From NCBI RefSeq assembly GCF_009914755.1, contig NC_060938.1: 64,000 nt of DNA; one strand, written 5' to 3'. Positions 39,650 to 56,166 of this stretch are shown here, one piece after another. A program made the position numbers and the translations under genes. The stretch comes from the human T2T-CHM13v2.0 reference genome, Homo sapiens. The notes under the pieces were generated by a model. The model did no database searches. It worked only from the letters and a program-made list of their open reading frames with translations, and was not told the DNA's origin. Every line of letters starts with the position of its first letter. The first letter of the stretch is position 1.

Positions 39650-40330
39650 ATCCAGGAAAGATTAACTTCTCTCCGTGCGAGAAAGTTATCATTAGCCAAG
39701 AATTAAAAGAGTGATTAATGATGCCCCCTCCCCTGCCCCCTCCCCAAGGCCTTATCTGGTGGCGGTCAGCTGGACAATGCGGCAGGGTGTGAGGGGGAAG
39801 CGAGGGCGACGGAGAAAATGGAAAACAATAAATATTAAGCGCAAGAAAAAAGGGAGCGCAGCGCCGTTCCCACTTGTTAGATTGAAGGCGCCTCTCCAGA
39901 GGGGGGAAGGCTCCAAATTGCTAATTAGCGCCTGTGAAAAGGCCTAGCTCTGATATGCGCGCCGCTGAAAGGCCGGCGTTAATGAAGCCGCGGCGCGCCC
40001 GCTTCCCTTTGACTGGCCTTCATCCCTCCTCCGCGCCCCGGGCCGGCCCGAACAATGCGGCGGGGAGCGCAGGCTCCCCCAGGCCTCGCCGGGACGGCCC
40101 GGGCAGCGCGCGCGGGGGGCGGCGCGGCGCCGGCGAAATGTGGAGGGGGAGATAAGGCCGAGCGCAGGGAAGAGGCTCACTCCCAGGGGCCCAGGGAAAA
40201 TTTGCAGTTATTATGAAGGAGATGAGACAGATTAAAAGCCCTTGTGTTCGCCGCTTTGCCCCTTTATTTAGTGGCTTCATCTACGAGATGAAAGAAGTTG
40301 GAAATGACTTTCTCTGCTTTGCGCGGCAAG
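39650..40330. promoter_or_regulatory. Orphan CpG island / candidate developmental enhancer
   Basis: CpG-dense core ~39780-40170 with no linked coding exon. TGATTAAT 39712-39719, AACAAT 39824 and 40051, palindrome GCTAATTAGC 39920-39929. Confidence 0.65.
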
Positions 40331-40824
40331 AAGCTTCATGGCACATTTCTTGACTTTATTCCTTCTTTTGTTTCTCTCTTCCTTGCCTTTAACCCCTGAA
40401 AGGCTTCACTTTGCGGCCACAGGCACTTAAGGGCTGGGAGGCAGGGACTGGCAGGGGCCTCCTCCGGTGACCGCTCGCAGCCAGACCTTGCCGATCTTTC
40501 CTTGGCTTTTGTCTCTGAGGGCAATGGCTGAGGCAGGCAGGTGGTGAGCTTGCCCTTCTTGGAGGGCTCCAAGAGGAGGCTGCATGACCCATTTTCCAGA
40601 TGGGTTGGAGGCTCCTGGAATGCCCTGGGCCTGTCCCCAGAGGAAGGTAGAGCGCTGTGCTTGAAAGCATAGGGACTCCAGAGCCACATCACCTGGGTTC
40701 AAAGCTACCCCCTTGCTAAGATCTTGGGCAAGACATTTAACTTCGCGGTGCCTCAGTTTCCCATCTGTAAAATGGGGATGATGATATTAATTCTAATACC
40801 CACTTCACAGGTGGAGTAGACACT

Positions 40825-42070
40825 GTGTGAACGTCCCTGATTTTTCATGCCTCTGTGTATCTACGCCTCTTGCTACTGCATTTCCATACTGACTCTGGGC
40901 TTGGCCGCTTGACTTGCTTTGGCCAATGTCAGTTACAAGGTTGAGTCAAGCAGAGACTAGAAGAAGTGCTGTGTGTTTCTGCCTCCTCTCTTAGAATCCT
41001 ACAACGGTTATGAGAATATACTAGGGCTGGCCTCTGGTCATGAGAACATGACTATGCCATCTATCTCAGGCATGTGGGAGACATGAGGAAGACAGTTAAG
41101 TTGTCCCAGACCAGGACATCCTAGAACATCCAGTCCCCAGCTGACTGCAGATGCAGGAGCAAGCCCAGCTAAGATCAGCCAAGCCTAGGCCAGATGAGGA
41201 GAACTTGCCAGCCAGCATATGAACTTACGAGAAGTCATAAGTGAGTGCTGTTTCAAGCAACTAAATTTTAGGGTGACTTGTTATGAAGCATTAAATTGAT
41301 GCCTAGAAATCAGGCATTGCTATAAACCAAACCAAAACCAAAACCAGCTCTAACACATATAGTACTAGCTTTGGGATTAGAAAGCAAGTAGAGGCTAGAA
41401 AAGATGATAAAGAAACTGGCTAGGCACAGTAATCCCAACACTTTGAGAGGCCGAGGTGGGGGGATTGCTTGAGCCCAAGAGTTTGAGACCAGCCTGGACA
41501 ACATAGCGAGACCCCGCCTCCACAATAAATAAAAAATTAGCCAGGCACAGTGGTATACACCTGTAGTCCTAGCTACTCTACTCAGGAGGCTGAGGGGGGA
41601 GGATCTCTTGAGTCCAGGAGGTCAAGGCTGCAGTGAACTGTGATCATGCCATTCATAGAGTGAGACCCTGTCTCAGAAAGAAAAAAAGAAAAAGAAAGAA
41701 AAGAAGGAAGGAAGGAAGGGAAATTACTATAGTAGGCTAGAAAAGAAGGTGACCCATATTATGTCTAACGAAATAATAGGTCAAACTGTTGTCTGTGGTA
41801 ATTCGGAAGATAGAAGTACTTAATGAACTTGTGAATTTGAGCAATGAGATTTCCAGGTAGAAGGCTGAAAGGATGAAACGGCTCTTACTAACTGAATTTG
41901 ATAAGGTACTAGGAGAAAGATGAGCTGAAGAAGAAAATTACCAGTTTATTAACATAATTTAGAGGGAATATAAAAGGCCCAGAACTTGCTGAATTGGAGC
42001 AATTTCCCAATCCTTACCCGAGTTGTTCCAGCCAGTAAAAGACTCTCAGTGTACTACAAGACCTAAGACT
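40825..42070 (+). mobile_element. MaLR LTR (MLT1-type, ~40825-41300) plus internal (MLT-int) remnant, with AluJ at ~41418-41702
   Basis: cttggccgcttgacttgctttggccaat, gcccagctaagatcagc, ctaaattttagggtgacttgttatgaagca, followed by taatgaacttgtgaatttg...gagatttcc internal-type sequence. Confidence 0.65.
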
Positions 42071-42443
42071 TTCACTTTAGGCATTAATAGAATAACAGGG
42101 ACTGTGTTTACCCTCGCACCTAAACAATTAAAGGAATACAAAAATTTCCAGAATCCTACAAGGTAAAATTAATAATATCTGGAAAACAATAAAAATTATG
42201 AGACACAGAGAAGCAGGAAAATACACTTATACGGATAAATCAATCAATAAAGCAGACCCAGAAATCACACAGATGACAGAACTAGTAGTCAAGATTAGTA
42301 GTCTACTAGTAGGACCAGTAGATGATTGACTTGTAGAAAATTAAATTATAACAATTATAACTATATTTTATATGTTTAATAAGGTAGAAAAATCCATGAG
42401 CATACTAAGGAGAGACAGGGAAGATATGAAAAAGCTCCAAAAT

Positions 42444-42744
<301 letters not shown>

Positions 42745-42994
42745 CTCCAAATCTAACTTCTATATGACTACAATGTCTGAGATGGAAAAATGTATTGGAT
42801 GTGATAAATAACAGGTTATACACTGTGGAAGAAAAGGCTGGTGACTTTGAAGATACAGCAGTATAAACTATCTAAAATGAAACAGAGAAAAAAAATCCCT
42901 AAAAAACAAAAAAGAAAAACAATAAGGAAGGAAGGAAGGGCAGATGAACAACTTAAAGCGACCTAATATATGTGTAATTGGAGTTCCAGAAACA

Positions 42995-44028
42995 TAGCCA
43001 TACATTGGAGATATTGTGGTTTCAGTTCCAGACCACCGCAATGAAACTAATATTTCAGTAGAGTCACATAATTTTTTTGATCTCTCAGTGCATATAAATG
43101 TTTGTTTGTTTGCTTGTTTTTGTTTTGTTTTATTTGTTTTTTTAAGACAGGGTCTCACTCTGTCTCTGAGACTGGAGTGCAGTGGCATGGTCACAGCTCA
43201 GCCTCAGCCTCCTGGGCTCAAGAGATTCTCCCACTTCAGCCTCCTGAGTGGCTAAGGCCACAGTCGTGTATCACCATGCCTGGCTAATATTTCTGTTTTG
43301 TAGCAGCAGGGTTTCACCATGTTGTGCTGGCCGGTCTTGAACTCCTGAGCCCAATCTGCTCACCTCAGCCTCCCAAAGTGCTGGGATTAAAGGCGTGAGC
43401 CACTGCGCCTGGCCGTGCATATAAAAGTTTTGTTGGCTGGACATGTTGGCTAAAAAACTTTTGTTTACACTATAGTGTAGTTTATTAAGTTTGCAATAGC
43501 ATTATATTTAAAAATGCAATGTACATACCTTAATTATAAAATATTTTATTGCTGCTGGGTGTGGTGGGGCATGCCTAAAGTCCCAGCTACTCAGGAGGCT
43601 AAGACAGGAGGATCACTTGAGCCCAGGAATTTGAGTCCAGCCTGGGCAACATATCAGGAAGCTTGAGAAGAGGGAGAGAGACAGGGGAATGGCCAGTCAG
43701 TGGAGCAGTCAGAACAGAAACAACATTTATTGATTAAGTTTGCCATCTTACATGGTCACAACTCATGGTGTCTCAAAACAGTTATAATAGTTATACCAAA
43801 GACCACTGATCAAAGATCACCACAACAGATATAATAATAATGAAACATTTGCAATATTGTGAGAATGACCAAAATGTGACACAGAGACATAAAGTGAGCA
43901 CATGCTGTTGGAAAAACAGTGCTGATAGACTTGCTCAATACGGGGTTTACAGGGTTGCCACAAACCTTTAATTTGTAAAAAAAAAAAAAAAAACAAACAG
44001 CGAAACACAATAAAACAAGGTATGCCCA
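42995..44028 (+). mobile_element. Internally deleted Tigger1 with both termini, containing AluJ (43100-43414, -) and FLAM (~43554-43658, +)
   Basis: 5' ccatacattggagatattgtggtttcagttccagaccaccgcaat; 3' cagggttgccacaaacc...caataaaacaaggtatgcc followed by TA. Confidence 0.85.
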
Positions 44029-44141
44029 TAGATAAAAAGTGGGAGAAGAAAAATATTTTAAGAAATAATAGCAAAAAGCATGAAAACTATAAACCCACAG
44101 ATTAAAAAGCTCAATGATTCCAAGGACAAGAAACATTATGA

Positions 44142-44521
<380 letters not shown>

Positions 44522-44638
44522 TAACAGCAGCAAGAGTACAAAGACATTATGTATAGAGGAAAAAAGATAAGAAGAAAAACAGACTTAATCTTTGTAATAA
44601 TGTGAGCCAGAAGACAGCAGAGCAACATCTTTAAAGTG

Positions 44639-44969
44639 CAGTCACATGTTACTTAACAATAGGGATAGATTCTGAGAAATGCGTCGTTCGGTGATTTTGT
44701 TGTACAAACATTATAGAACATAGTAATACAAGCCTAGGTGGTATAGCCTGCAACACATTGACGGATAGCCTGTGCTCCTAGGCTGAAACCTGTACAACAT
44801 GTTACTGTACTGAATGCTGTAGACAGTTGTAACAAAATGGTATATGTGTATCTAACCATGTCCAAATATAGAAAAAATACAATAAAAATGCAGTATTATA
44901 TTCTTATGAAACCACCATTGTATATGCAGTCCATCATTGACCAAAACGTCATCATGTAGCATATGACTG
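44639..44969 (+). mobile_element. Tigger3a/MER7A-like MITE
   Basis: cagtca...tgactg termini; ttctgagaaatgcgtcgtt, tgttactgtactgaat. Confidence 0.82.
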
Positions 44970-45318
44970 TCCTGAAAGAAAAACATTGTCAACATAGAAT
45001 TCTATACCCAGCAAAGACGTTTTTCAAAAATGAAGACAATTATAAAGACTTTACAAGAAACCAAAGCTGACAGAATTATCACAAATGTACAAGAACTACA
45101 TGAAATGTTAAAAAAAAGTTTCAGACAGAAAATCATACCAAATAGAGATCATGAGATATACAAAGGAATGAAAAGCACCAAAAGTGGTATTTATGAAACT
45201 GTAAAATATCTTTCCTTTAAAAAAATCTCTTTCGGTAATAATTGACTGTTTAAGAAAAGAAATATAAATGTATTGCAGGATTTCTGCCATATGTAAAAGT
45301 AAAACATATGAAAATTGG

Positions 45319-45785
45319 TGAGGTTCAGGACACACTACTCCTAAATATAGCACTTTTGCCATAGAAGAAATAGCAGAAACAGCCCATAGAAACTAAAAAG
45401 AATTTCTCTCACTTCCTTTCCCCTGTAATGGGCCATAAAACCAAGTTGACCTTCCCTGAAAATAGGTCATAGGACCCTCATTCCAGAGGCATCCTCCCTA
45501 TACCTGGAGAAGAAGAATGTCCCTATCCTCAAAGATGCAAAGACACCAAAAAGAATCTGAATAAATGGGCTTTGCTAAGTTTCTCCGAGTTTATTACCAT
45601 TAGATCATATCCTTTTTTCTGCAATCATACATCTGAATGAGTGTCCATAAAAATACAGTTTCCCTGTTTTTTAATGTCTTCATTTCTGAATGCTCTTGTG
45701 TCAGGTAAAACTTATCTTAAATAAATTTGTATGCTTTGCTTTTGTTAATCTGTCCTTTATTATAGGTGCTATAGCCATGAATATC
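45319..45785 (+). mobile_element. ERV1 LTR (MER31-like)
   Basis: tgaggttcaggacacactactcctaaatatagcac start; aagaatctgaataaatgggctttgctaagtt; aataaatttgtatgc. Confidence 0.7.
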
Positions 45786-46591
45786 AAAACGGTTATTGAG
45801 AGGATTAAATGAAATACTGAATCTAGTCTTCAGCATGATTCTTGGACTACAGTAAGCTTTTAGTAAATGCTACTTCAACAAAATCCCTAAATTCAACAGA
45901 GTTGAGGAGGGTAAGTGAGAGAGCATGGGAGGCGTGGCAAGGGAGGAGTTGGCGAACCTCTGTCTACTGCCACCTGCTCCTTGGCTGCTGCCCTGGGTCC
46001 CAGCACAACCCCTCACTGTCCCCCTCTTGGTGTGCTTTACAGGAGATGTGTTTCTGTTATCACTGCTGCCAAGGAGTGCTCAGCATCTCCCCACTCCTGC
46101 ATTCCTGCCTCCAGGGAAGGTTCCTATAATCCCAAGGAGAAGGCACCAGGAGTACCAGGGGTAGGGGAGGCGGACAAGTTGCCAGGTGTCACTCACTTTC
46201 CAAGTATATGCTAACACTTCCTGTCCTCCTTGGTGGACACTGTTTCTGTTAGTAACATCTCTCCAGTGGCTGCTGGAAAAACTTTCTGGAAAGATTTCCA
46301 GATGTCTTGGATCTGTTCAGAGAAGATCTGAGCCAGGAAAAGGGGAAAATGGAAATAAATTATGGAGAGAGGATGAGGAATCCATTCATTCATCAAATGT
46401 TTATTGAGCACCTACTATGTGACAGGCACTGTTGTAGGTTCCAGGGGGATACAAAGGTGAAAGGACAGATACCGTCCTTATTCTTATGAAACTTACATCC
46501 TGGTGGGAGGCAACAGAGTACAAACAAATAAGTACCAAAGAAATAGGATGAAGTTGGACTATAATAAGTGCCATAAGGGAAATATACCAGG

Positions 46592-46991
46592 TGCTATGGT
46601 TTAAATGTATCTTCCAAAATTCAGGTGTTAGAACTTAATGGCCAATGTGATTTTATTAAGAAGTGGAGTATTTAAGAGGTAATTGGTCATGCGGGCTTCT
46701 CCCCTCATGAATGGAATTAAGGCTCATATAAAAGAGGTTTTACAGAGTGTTGGCTCACTTGCCCTTCTGCCTTTCATCATGTGAGGACACAGCATTCCTC
46801 CCTTCCAAAGGATGCAGAAACGGGGCACCATCTTTGAAGCAAAGAGTGAACCTCATCAGACCACCAAACCTGCCAGCACCTTGATCTTGGATTTCCCAGA
46901 CTCCAGAAGCTATGAGAAAATACATTTTTGCTCTTTATAAATCACCCAGTCTATGGTATTTTGTTATAGCTGCACAGAATGGACGATGAGA
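46592..46991 (+). mobile_element. MaLR LTR (MSTD-like) inserted in an L2 (-) fragment (~46380-47260)
   Basis: tgctatggtttaaatgt...gcaccttgatcttgga...tggtattttgttatagc; L2 tail ttcattcatcaaatgtttattgagcacc at ~46385. Confidence 0.82.
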
Positions 46992-47301
46992 TAGAAAGTA
47001 CTTTAGATCCTATTAGAAAAGTCCTCTCTGTGGAGGTGATATTTTAGCCAAGGCCTCAATGATGCTCTCAGGTGCAGGACAGCATGTCAAGGCCCTGGGG
47101 AAGGTGGAAAAAGAGCATGGTGGGTTGGTACTGTGGGCACAGGGAAGAGAGTCAAGACCAGAGGCAGGCAGGGCCCACATCATACCTGACTGTGCAGGCC
47201 ATAGTGAGGACTTTAGGTTTATTATAAGTGCAGGGAATGTAATAAATCAGCAGTGGAAGATTTTTTATTTATTATTAATTATTTGTTTAAAAAATATATT
47301 T

Positions 47302-47934
<633 letters not shown>

Positions 47935-49476
47935 TATATATACATTTTTGTGGGGAGGAAAGAGGTGAGAGAAGCCTATTATTTCCTTCCATGTGCAGAT
48001 TCTTTTTCAGCTGGGAATTTCCTCATTCGACTACGTTTGATGGTCAAAAAAGGGAAACTTCTGTTGACTACTCCCCTCTTTTCAGTAACTACTAATACTT
48101 TTGGAGCAGTTAATTTGTGTTGGGCTGTGTACTAAATGCTTTACATTCATTATTTCATTTCATCTCCATCCAAGAGATAGATATGTACAAATATTGTCTC
48201 CATATTGCAGATAGGGAAGCAAAGGCTCAAAGAAGTGAAGCTTCTAGCTCTGGACACAGTCAGGCAGTTAGGGCTTCACCCTTCACCTCCTTCCCCCTCC
48301 TCCACTGCTGCCTGCTTGCAGCCTGCTCAGGCCTTATTACCATCAGTGACCTCCTCAGTTGCCAAGTGTGGTGGCATTTCCTCAGAACTGCTCATCTTCA
48401 AACTTCCTTTTCTTCTTCATTTTCTTAAAACTCTCTCTCCTCTGGCTTTTAGACACAGGTTCTCTTCAGATGCTCTCAGTCTTTTTGGAGCTGTCCTCTT
48501 CTTCCACAACAGGCCACTTCTCTCACCACCCTCTTTCATTATGTGATTCTGCCCATGGCTTCCACCATCCCATGAAGGCGGAAGTTTCATTACAATTTTC
48601 TCATGGGACTGAGACAAGCACTTCTAATGTCCCTGACCCAGCATTTAGTAAACAAGTATTCATTTAATTTTTAACCAACAATAACTATGGAGCACCTACC
48701 ATGTGTAAGGCACTGTGCTAGGCACTGATGAGAATACAATGAATAGGACAGGGTCTTCAGGGCAATGCAGTAGGCTTTGGTTTGGTTCACATAGTTATAT
48801 ACATATAAGCACAGGGCCAGGCATATTGTAGACGCTTAGTAAATATTTGTTGAATGAGTGACTTAGTTGGGGAGGCAAACTTGCACATAATTGGCTCTAG
48901 TTCAGGTTGAAGGAAGAGAGTGTGGTCATAAAGCTACCGGCAAGTGCTCAGAATGAGAGCCAAAGGAGTGGGCAAGCAAGGGTAAGTGTCTTTCTTGAGG
49001 TGACATTGGAATTGAGCCTTTAAATCACCCCAGATCCCAAGGGTGTTCTAGAACTAGCAAGTGATATGGTGTGCTCAAGCATGATGCAGGAGGTAGTGGA
49101 AGATGGATGAAATGACACCACTAAAATTGTGTTTTAGGAAACTCACTCTGGTGCCTGGGTAGAGGATGGCATTTTGGGGGGAGAGACTGCAAGTGGGAAG
49201 ACCAGTAAGGCAGCTGCTGCATCACCCAGAAGAGTGGTTACCTGCCCAGATGAGGCCAATGGCAGAGCAAAAACCAATGAGGGAGGACAAATGCAAGACT
49301 ACTGCAGGAGTGCAATCTACGGGGCTTAGCACTTTGCTAGATAAAGGGGTAAAAGAAAGAAACAAGAACTAAAAATGGGTTTGAAGCTTCTCACCTGGGT
49401 AACTGCATGATGGTGGCGATATTTTCCAAAGAGTGAACAGTGGAGAAGGGGCAGGTTTGATAGAAACTATGGAAGA

Positions 49477-49990
49477 GGCTGGACAAGGTGGCTCACACCT
49501 GTAATCCCAGCACTCTAGGAGGCTGGGGCAGGAGGATCACTTGATGGTAGGAGTTTGAGACCAGCCTGGGCAACATAGTGGAGACCCTATCTCTCTACTA
49601 AAAATTTAAAAATTAGCTGGGCATGGTGGCATGTGTCTGTAGTCCCAGCTACTTAGGGTGCTGAGGTGGGAATATTACTTGAGCACAGGAGGTCAAGGCT
49701 GCAGTGAGGTAATGATCATGCCACTGCAGTGTTCTGTCCGTAGGTGTACCATCATTTAGTTAACTAATCCCTGTTGTAGAATTTCTGACTTTTTCTACTT
49801 TCCTCAATCCTCCCTCAGAAATGCTGCAGAGAAGAATTTAACCTGTATCTAACATTTTTGAGCCCATTTCCAATTTTTTTTTTTTTTGAGACATGGTCTC
49901 ACTCTGTCTTTCATTTCACAGAGACCCTGTCTGGGAAAAAAAAAAAAAAAAAAAGGAAAGGAGAGAGGGAAGAAAGGAAGGAAGGAAGAA
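49477..49990 (+). mobile_element. AluJ carrying a templated insertion in its right arm
   Basis: TSD agaaact[a/g]tggaaga at 49462-49476 and 49991-50005; non-Alu segment ~49729-49878. Confidence 0.85.
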
Positions 49991-50039
49991 AGAAACTGTG
50001 GAAGAAACTAAGCTTTATTTTTGACATTTTATTATATTT

Positions 50040-50336
50040 ACTTATTTATTTTTGAGACACGGTTTCACTCCTGTCACCAGGCTGGAGTGCAGCAGTGTGC
50101 TCTCAGCTCACTACAACCTCTGCCTCCTGGAATGAAGTGATCCTCTTGCCTCAGCCTTTCCAGTAGCTAGGATTACAGGCGCCCACCACCACACTTGCCT
50201 AATTTTTTGTATTTTTAGTAGGGACGGGGTTTCACCATGTTGGCCAGGCTAGTCTCAAACTCCTGACCTGAAGTGATCCACCCGCCTCAGCCTCCCAAAG
50301 TGCTGGGATTACAGGCGTGAGCCACTACGCCTGGCC
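50040..50336 (-). mobile_element. AluS
   Basis: Full dimer; TSD tatttttgacatttt. Confidence 0.93.
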
Positions 50337-50739
50337 TATTTTTGACATTTTAAATTGGAAATGCTGGTGAGGTGAACAAGTGGAGCTATCTAGTAGAAAA
50401 ATGAAAATATAAGTTGGATTTCAAGAAATTTGGGAGCTTTCAGTGCTGATGCAGGCAATCAACACCGTGGGAACAGATGTGATTTGTGGGAGAGAATTTT
50501 CACTTATGCAGAAAAGAGGCCTAAGGCTGTGGACACCTGTTGAACATTTCCATATTTCTGTCCTGTGGGAGTCACAGATTCAGCATGTCCAAAATGGAAT
50601 TAATCATCTTTCCACTAAACCCGTTTATCTTCTTGACTTCTCTAGCTGTGCAGATGGCACTGACCATTGTCTTAGTTGCCCTAGCTCAAAACCTCAGCTA
50701 TCTTTGTCTCCTACCTTGACTTTTTTTCACCTATAGAAC

Positions 50740-52620
<1,881 letters not shown>

Positions 52621-52829
52621 AGGCAATTTGAAATGTTCTGAGTAACTCAGTGCAAAACAACCTCTTCCAAAGGTTGTACCAGCTCACAGGGTAGACGTCA
52701 TTAAGATCCATTTCCCCTCAACTTCACAGACCCATTAAAAAGGTCAGAAAGCAAGAGATAAGCTGACATCCCTGCCTAGCGCCCAATTTCTGGAAGCCCC
52801 TAAGGAAGATGAGGCCAGCATGCAGTGGT

Positions 52830-53780
52830 CTTTCCCCACGTGGTGCACCCCAACCCCTGAGACGCCCTTTCCCGGCCAGACCCTATTCAACACCCCTCCT
52901 TGTCCCCTGCCCCATCTCCTGGCTTCCTGTGGCTCCGCCCACCGCGGGGCGGAAGTGGGTGTGGCCACGGGCGGAAGCACTGGGTCAGGGGCCCAATCGT
53001 GCAGCCAGCCCCTCCCACTCGCCACCGCCCCACCCCTCCGGCCCAGACCGGAAATGAGGTCAGAGAGGGAAGCCCCGGCGGTGAGAGTCGGCCCAAAAAG
53101 CGGCGGCCGTTGGAGGTGGCTGCGGCAGCTGGTGAGGAGGACGAATGGGTTGAGAGTGTTGGGGTCCTGGGGGCTAGTACCAGAGGGGATCGGAGCGCCA
53201 AGCCGCGGCTGAGCGGCTAAGGGCGTCTTGGGGCTGTGGCAGACGGCCGGAGGGTGAGGGTGGTGGGGCCTTGCTTTTCAGGGCCCTTGTCCCCATCCCT
53301 GGGGATGTGGGTCGGGCCGTCTCCGGGGCCACAGCCCCCTCTTCCCCTTTCTTCTTTCTGCCTCTCTGGGGCGGGCTGCAGCCTGAGGGCTTGGTGTCCC
53401 GAGCCATGGTCGCCCCAGCCCTCAGGGACGGGCCGGGGCGTGGTGGAGAGTCCTTCGAAACACAGTTTTTGTCATATATGTGGCCATGTTGCGACCCCCG
53501 ATCCCGGAGGGAGCTCAGTCGCCAAGACTTGCATTTTGGCAGTTTCTGCCCTAGAGGAGCCGATCCCCGCCCCTCGTGAGCCCAAATGAGCAGTTGCCTC
53601 CTGCCTCTCCCACCTCCTACTCCGCCCCTCACTTCCACCCTGCTCATGTCTCTCTTCTTACTTGCTGTCCACCAGCTACCCGTTCCTTCCTGTGCGTGAC
53701 TCAGCCTCATCTCTGCCCGGGTGCGTGCCTGGCCGCCGGGTCCTCTCGAGAGTGTGCATCCGCGACTGGAGATGGGGAGT
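52830..53780 (+). promoter_or_regulatory. CpG-island, TATA-less housekeeping promoter of GPATCH2L
   Basis: High CpG density. E-box CACGTG 52837-52842, CCGCCC 52935-52940, composite GGGGCGGAAGTG (Sp1/ETS) 52946-52957, GCGGAAG ~52971, CCAAT 52993-52997, ACCGGAAAT 53047-53055. Confidence 0.9.
53040..53080 (+). other. GPATCH2L: GPATCH2L non-coding first exon (TSS approximate; alternative donor at 53131/53132)
   Basis: Lies in the CpG island just downstream of ETS/GC-box motifs; donor GCG|GTGAGA at 53080/53081 and a second donor CTG|GTGAGG 51 nt downstream. Confidence 0.7.
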
Positions 53781-55392
53781 TCTAGGGTTCTTTTGTCACT
53801 ACTGTTGGAATTACAGGCTTTGAGGCAGGAAAGGATTCTGCACAGGCATTCGACTGCAAGTTGTTTGATGACTTCGTTCCATGTTCAAGTTTGTGCTGTT
53901 CTGCCTGAGGTTTTTATTTGTTCTTTTGTTTTTGTTTTTTGTATTTTTGTTGCCTGAGTTTTTCAAGCAGTAATTCTTTATTAGGGAAGTAGATTTTGAC
54001 ATGCTGTTCCCACTTGTTTCTTTATTTTGGTCTTAGGGACAGTTGTCTCCCAAACCTCAATCATGGCATTTTAATCCACTTTTTTTTTTCCCATTTTTTC
54101 CCCTTCTTTTCACAGGTGTTGATAAACCACTTCTTAATGCTTAAAAGAACTTGGTCTTGTTTAAATGTATGTGCTTTTGGACACTTTGAGAAGCTTCGTT
54201 TGTATGGTAGTTTTGGAAGTAGGTGTCACTATTGCTCCTACAGGTGTGGCAGATAAGCCAGAGGACTGTTTTCCTGTCTTTAAGTTCATTGGCATAGGCA
54301 CAGCATGAAAATAGGTTTTAGAAAGCCCTTTGCAAAGTGAAAACTGAATGAATGGGAATATGGTCAGAGAGTGGCACCACTTAGAATTTTAAGCTGATCT
54401 TGAAATACTTTGGGCATAGAGGCAAGAGAAAAGTGCTAAAAATTTAATATGTATTTAATTAGATGCTGTACAAATTAAATATTTCCCCTTAAGGGGGAAT
54501 TTTGAAGATTGCTCCTACTACTGTCATTTCTTGAAATGTTTGCCTCTGAAGTGACCCCTGAAGTGTGATGTTTGGTTTGAGGATGAACAGAAAAATAAGA
54601 AATTTTGGAAAGCAGTTTGGCCAGAAATCTTAGAAACTTCACCCTATCCCTGTCATTTCAGCTGCTATTGTATCCTAGTTTTCTGTGATTGTGTGGCACT
54701 GAAGCACATAACTAGGACCAACATTTATTTTCTGGAGGGTAGGAGAGGGGCTTAAAAATTGTTAATTATTCAAAAATATATGACATACTGTATAAGGTTC
54801 TATACCTGGTAGCTTCCAGGTGGTAGTTGGTACCAGAATGGGCGCAAACTTAGTCTCTTCTCCATTCTGACTTCAAACCTGGGTCACTACAATTTCTTGG
54901 ATCACGAAAACTGCATTCTTCCTTAAATGGTGTCACTAAGTTGTCTTTCTGTTTCTTTCTGCCATGGTCATTGTCAGCAGTGACCCCAGGCCAAAGAACA
55001 GTTTTTCATTCATTCTCAATACCTCGATGAGACCATGTGCTACTCTGTGTTTCCACAACTCTAGTGTGATTTTGAAGTTGTATGTTTTTCTGTTCCTGTC
55101 TAGTGAGACAGTCTCTAATCTTTCTGGATCTCATCATTAGGTAATTCAATGACAAGTTTAATTGGGGAAAAGAGAGAAGGATCTAGTCCCCCGAATTTGT
55201 TTTGGGTCCTGTCCCAGTTGTCTTCTGGTTAGTAGGTTTTTGTGCTTAAGAATATGTTGACTTCAGGCATTTAACAAGGGACAAAACATCTATTTTTAGT
55301 GACTTAAGGAAGTGGTAGGAACAGAATCTAAGTGTAGCCAGATGAAAGGTGACTTATTTTGTTTAGACAGGCAGAACTGTGGACTACCATGA

Positions 55393-56166
<774 letters not shown>

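Noticed and set aside
52744-53785. Multiple 90-178 aa ORFs around the promoter
   Set aside because: Expected by-product of stop-poor CpG-island sequence; only the spliced uORF has supporting structure.
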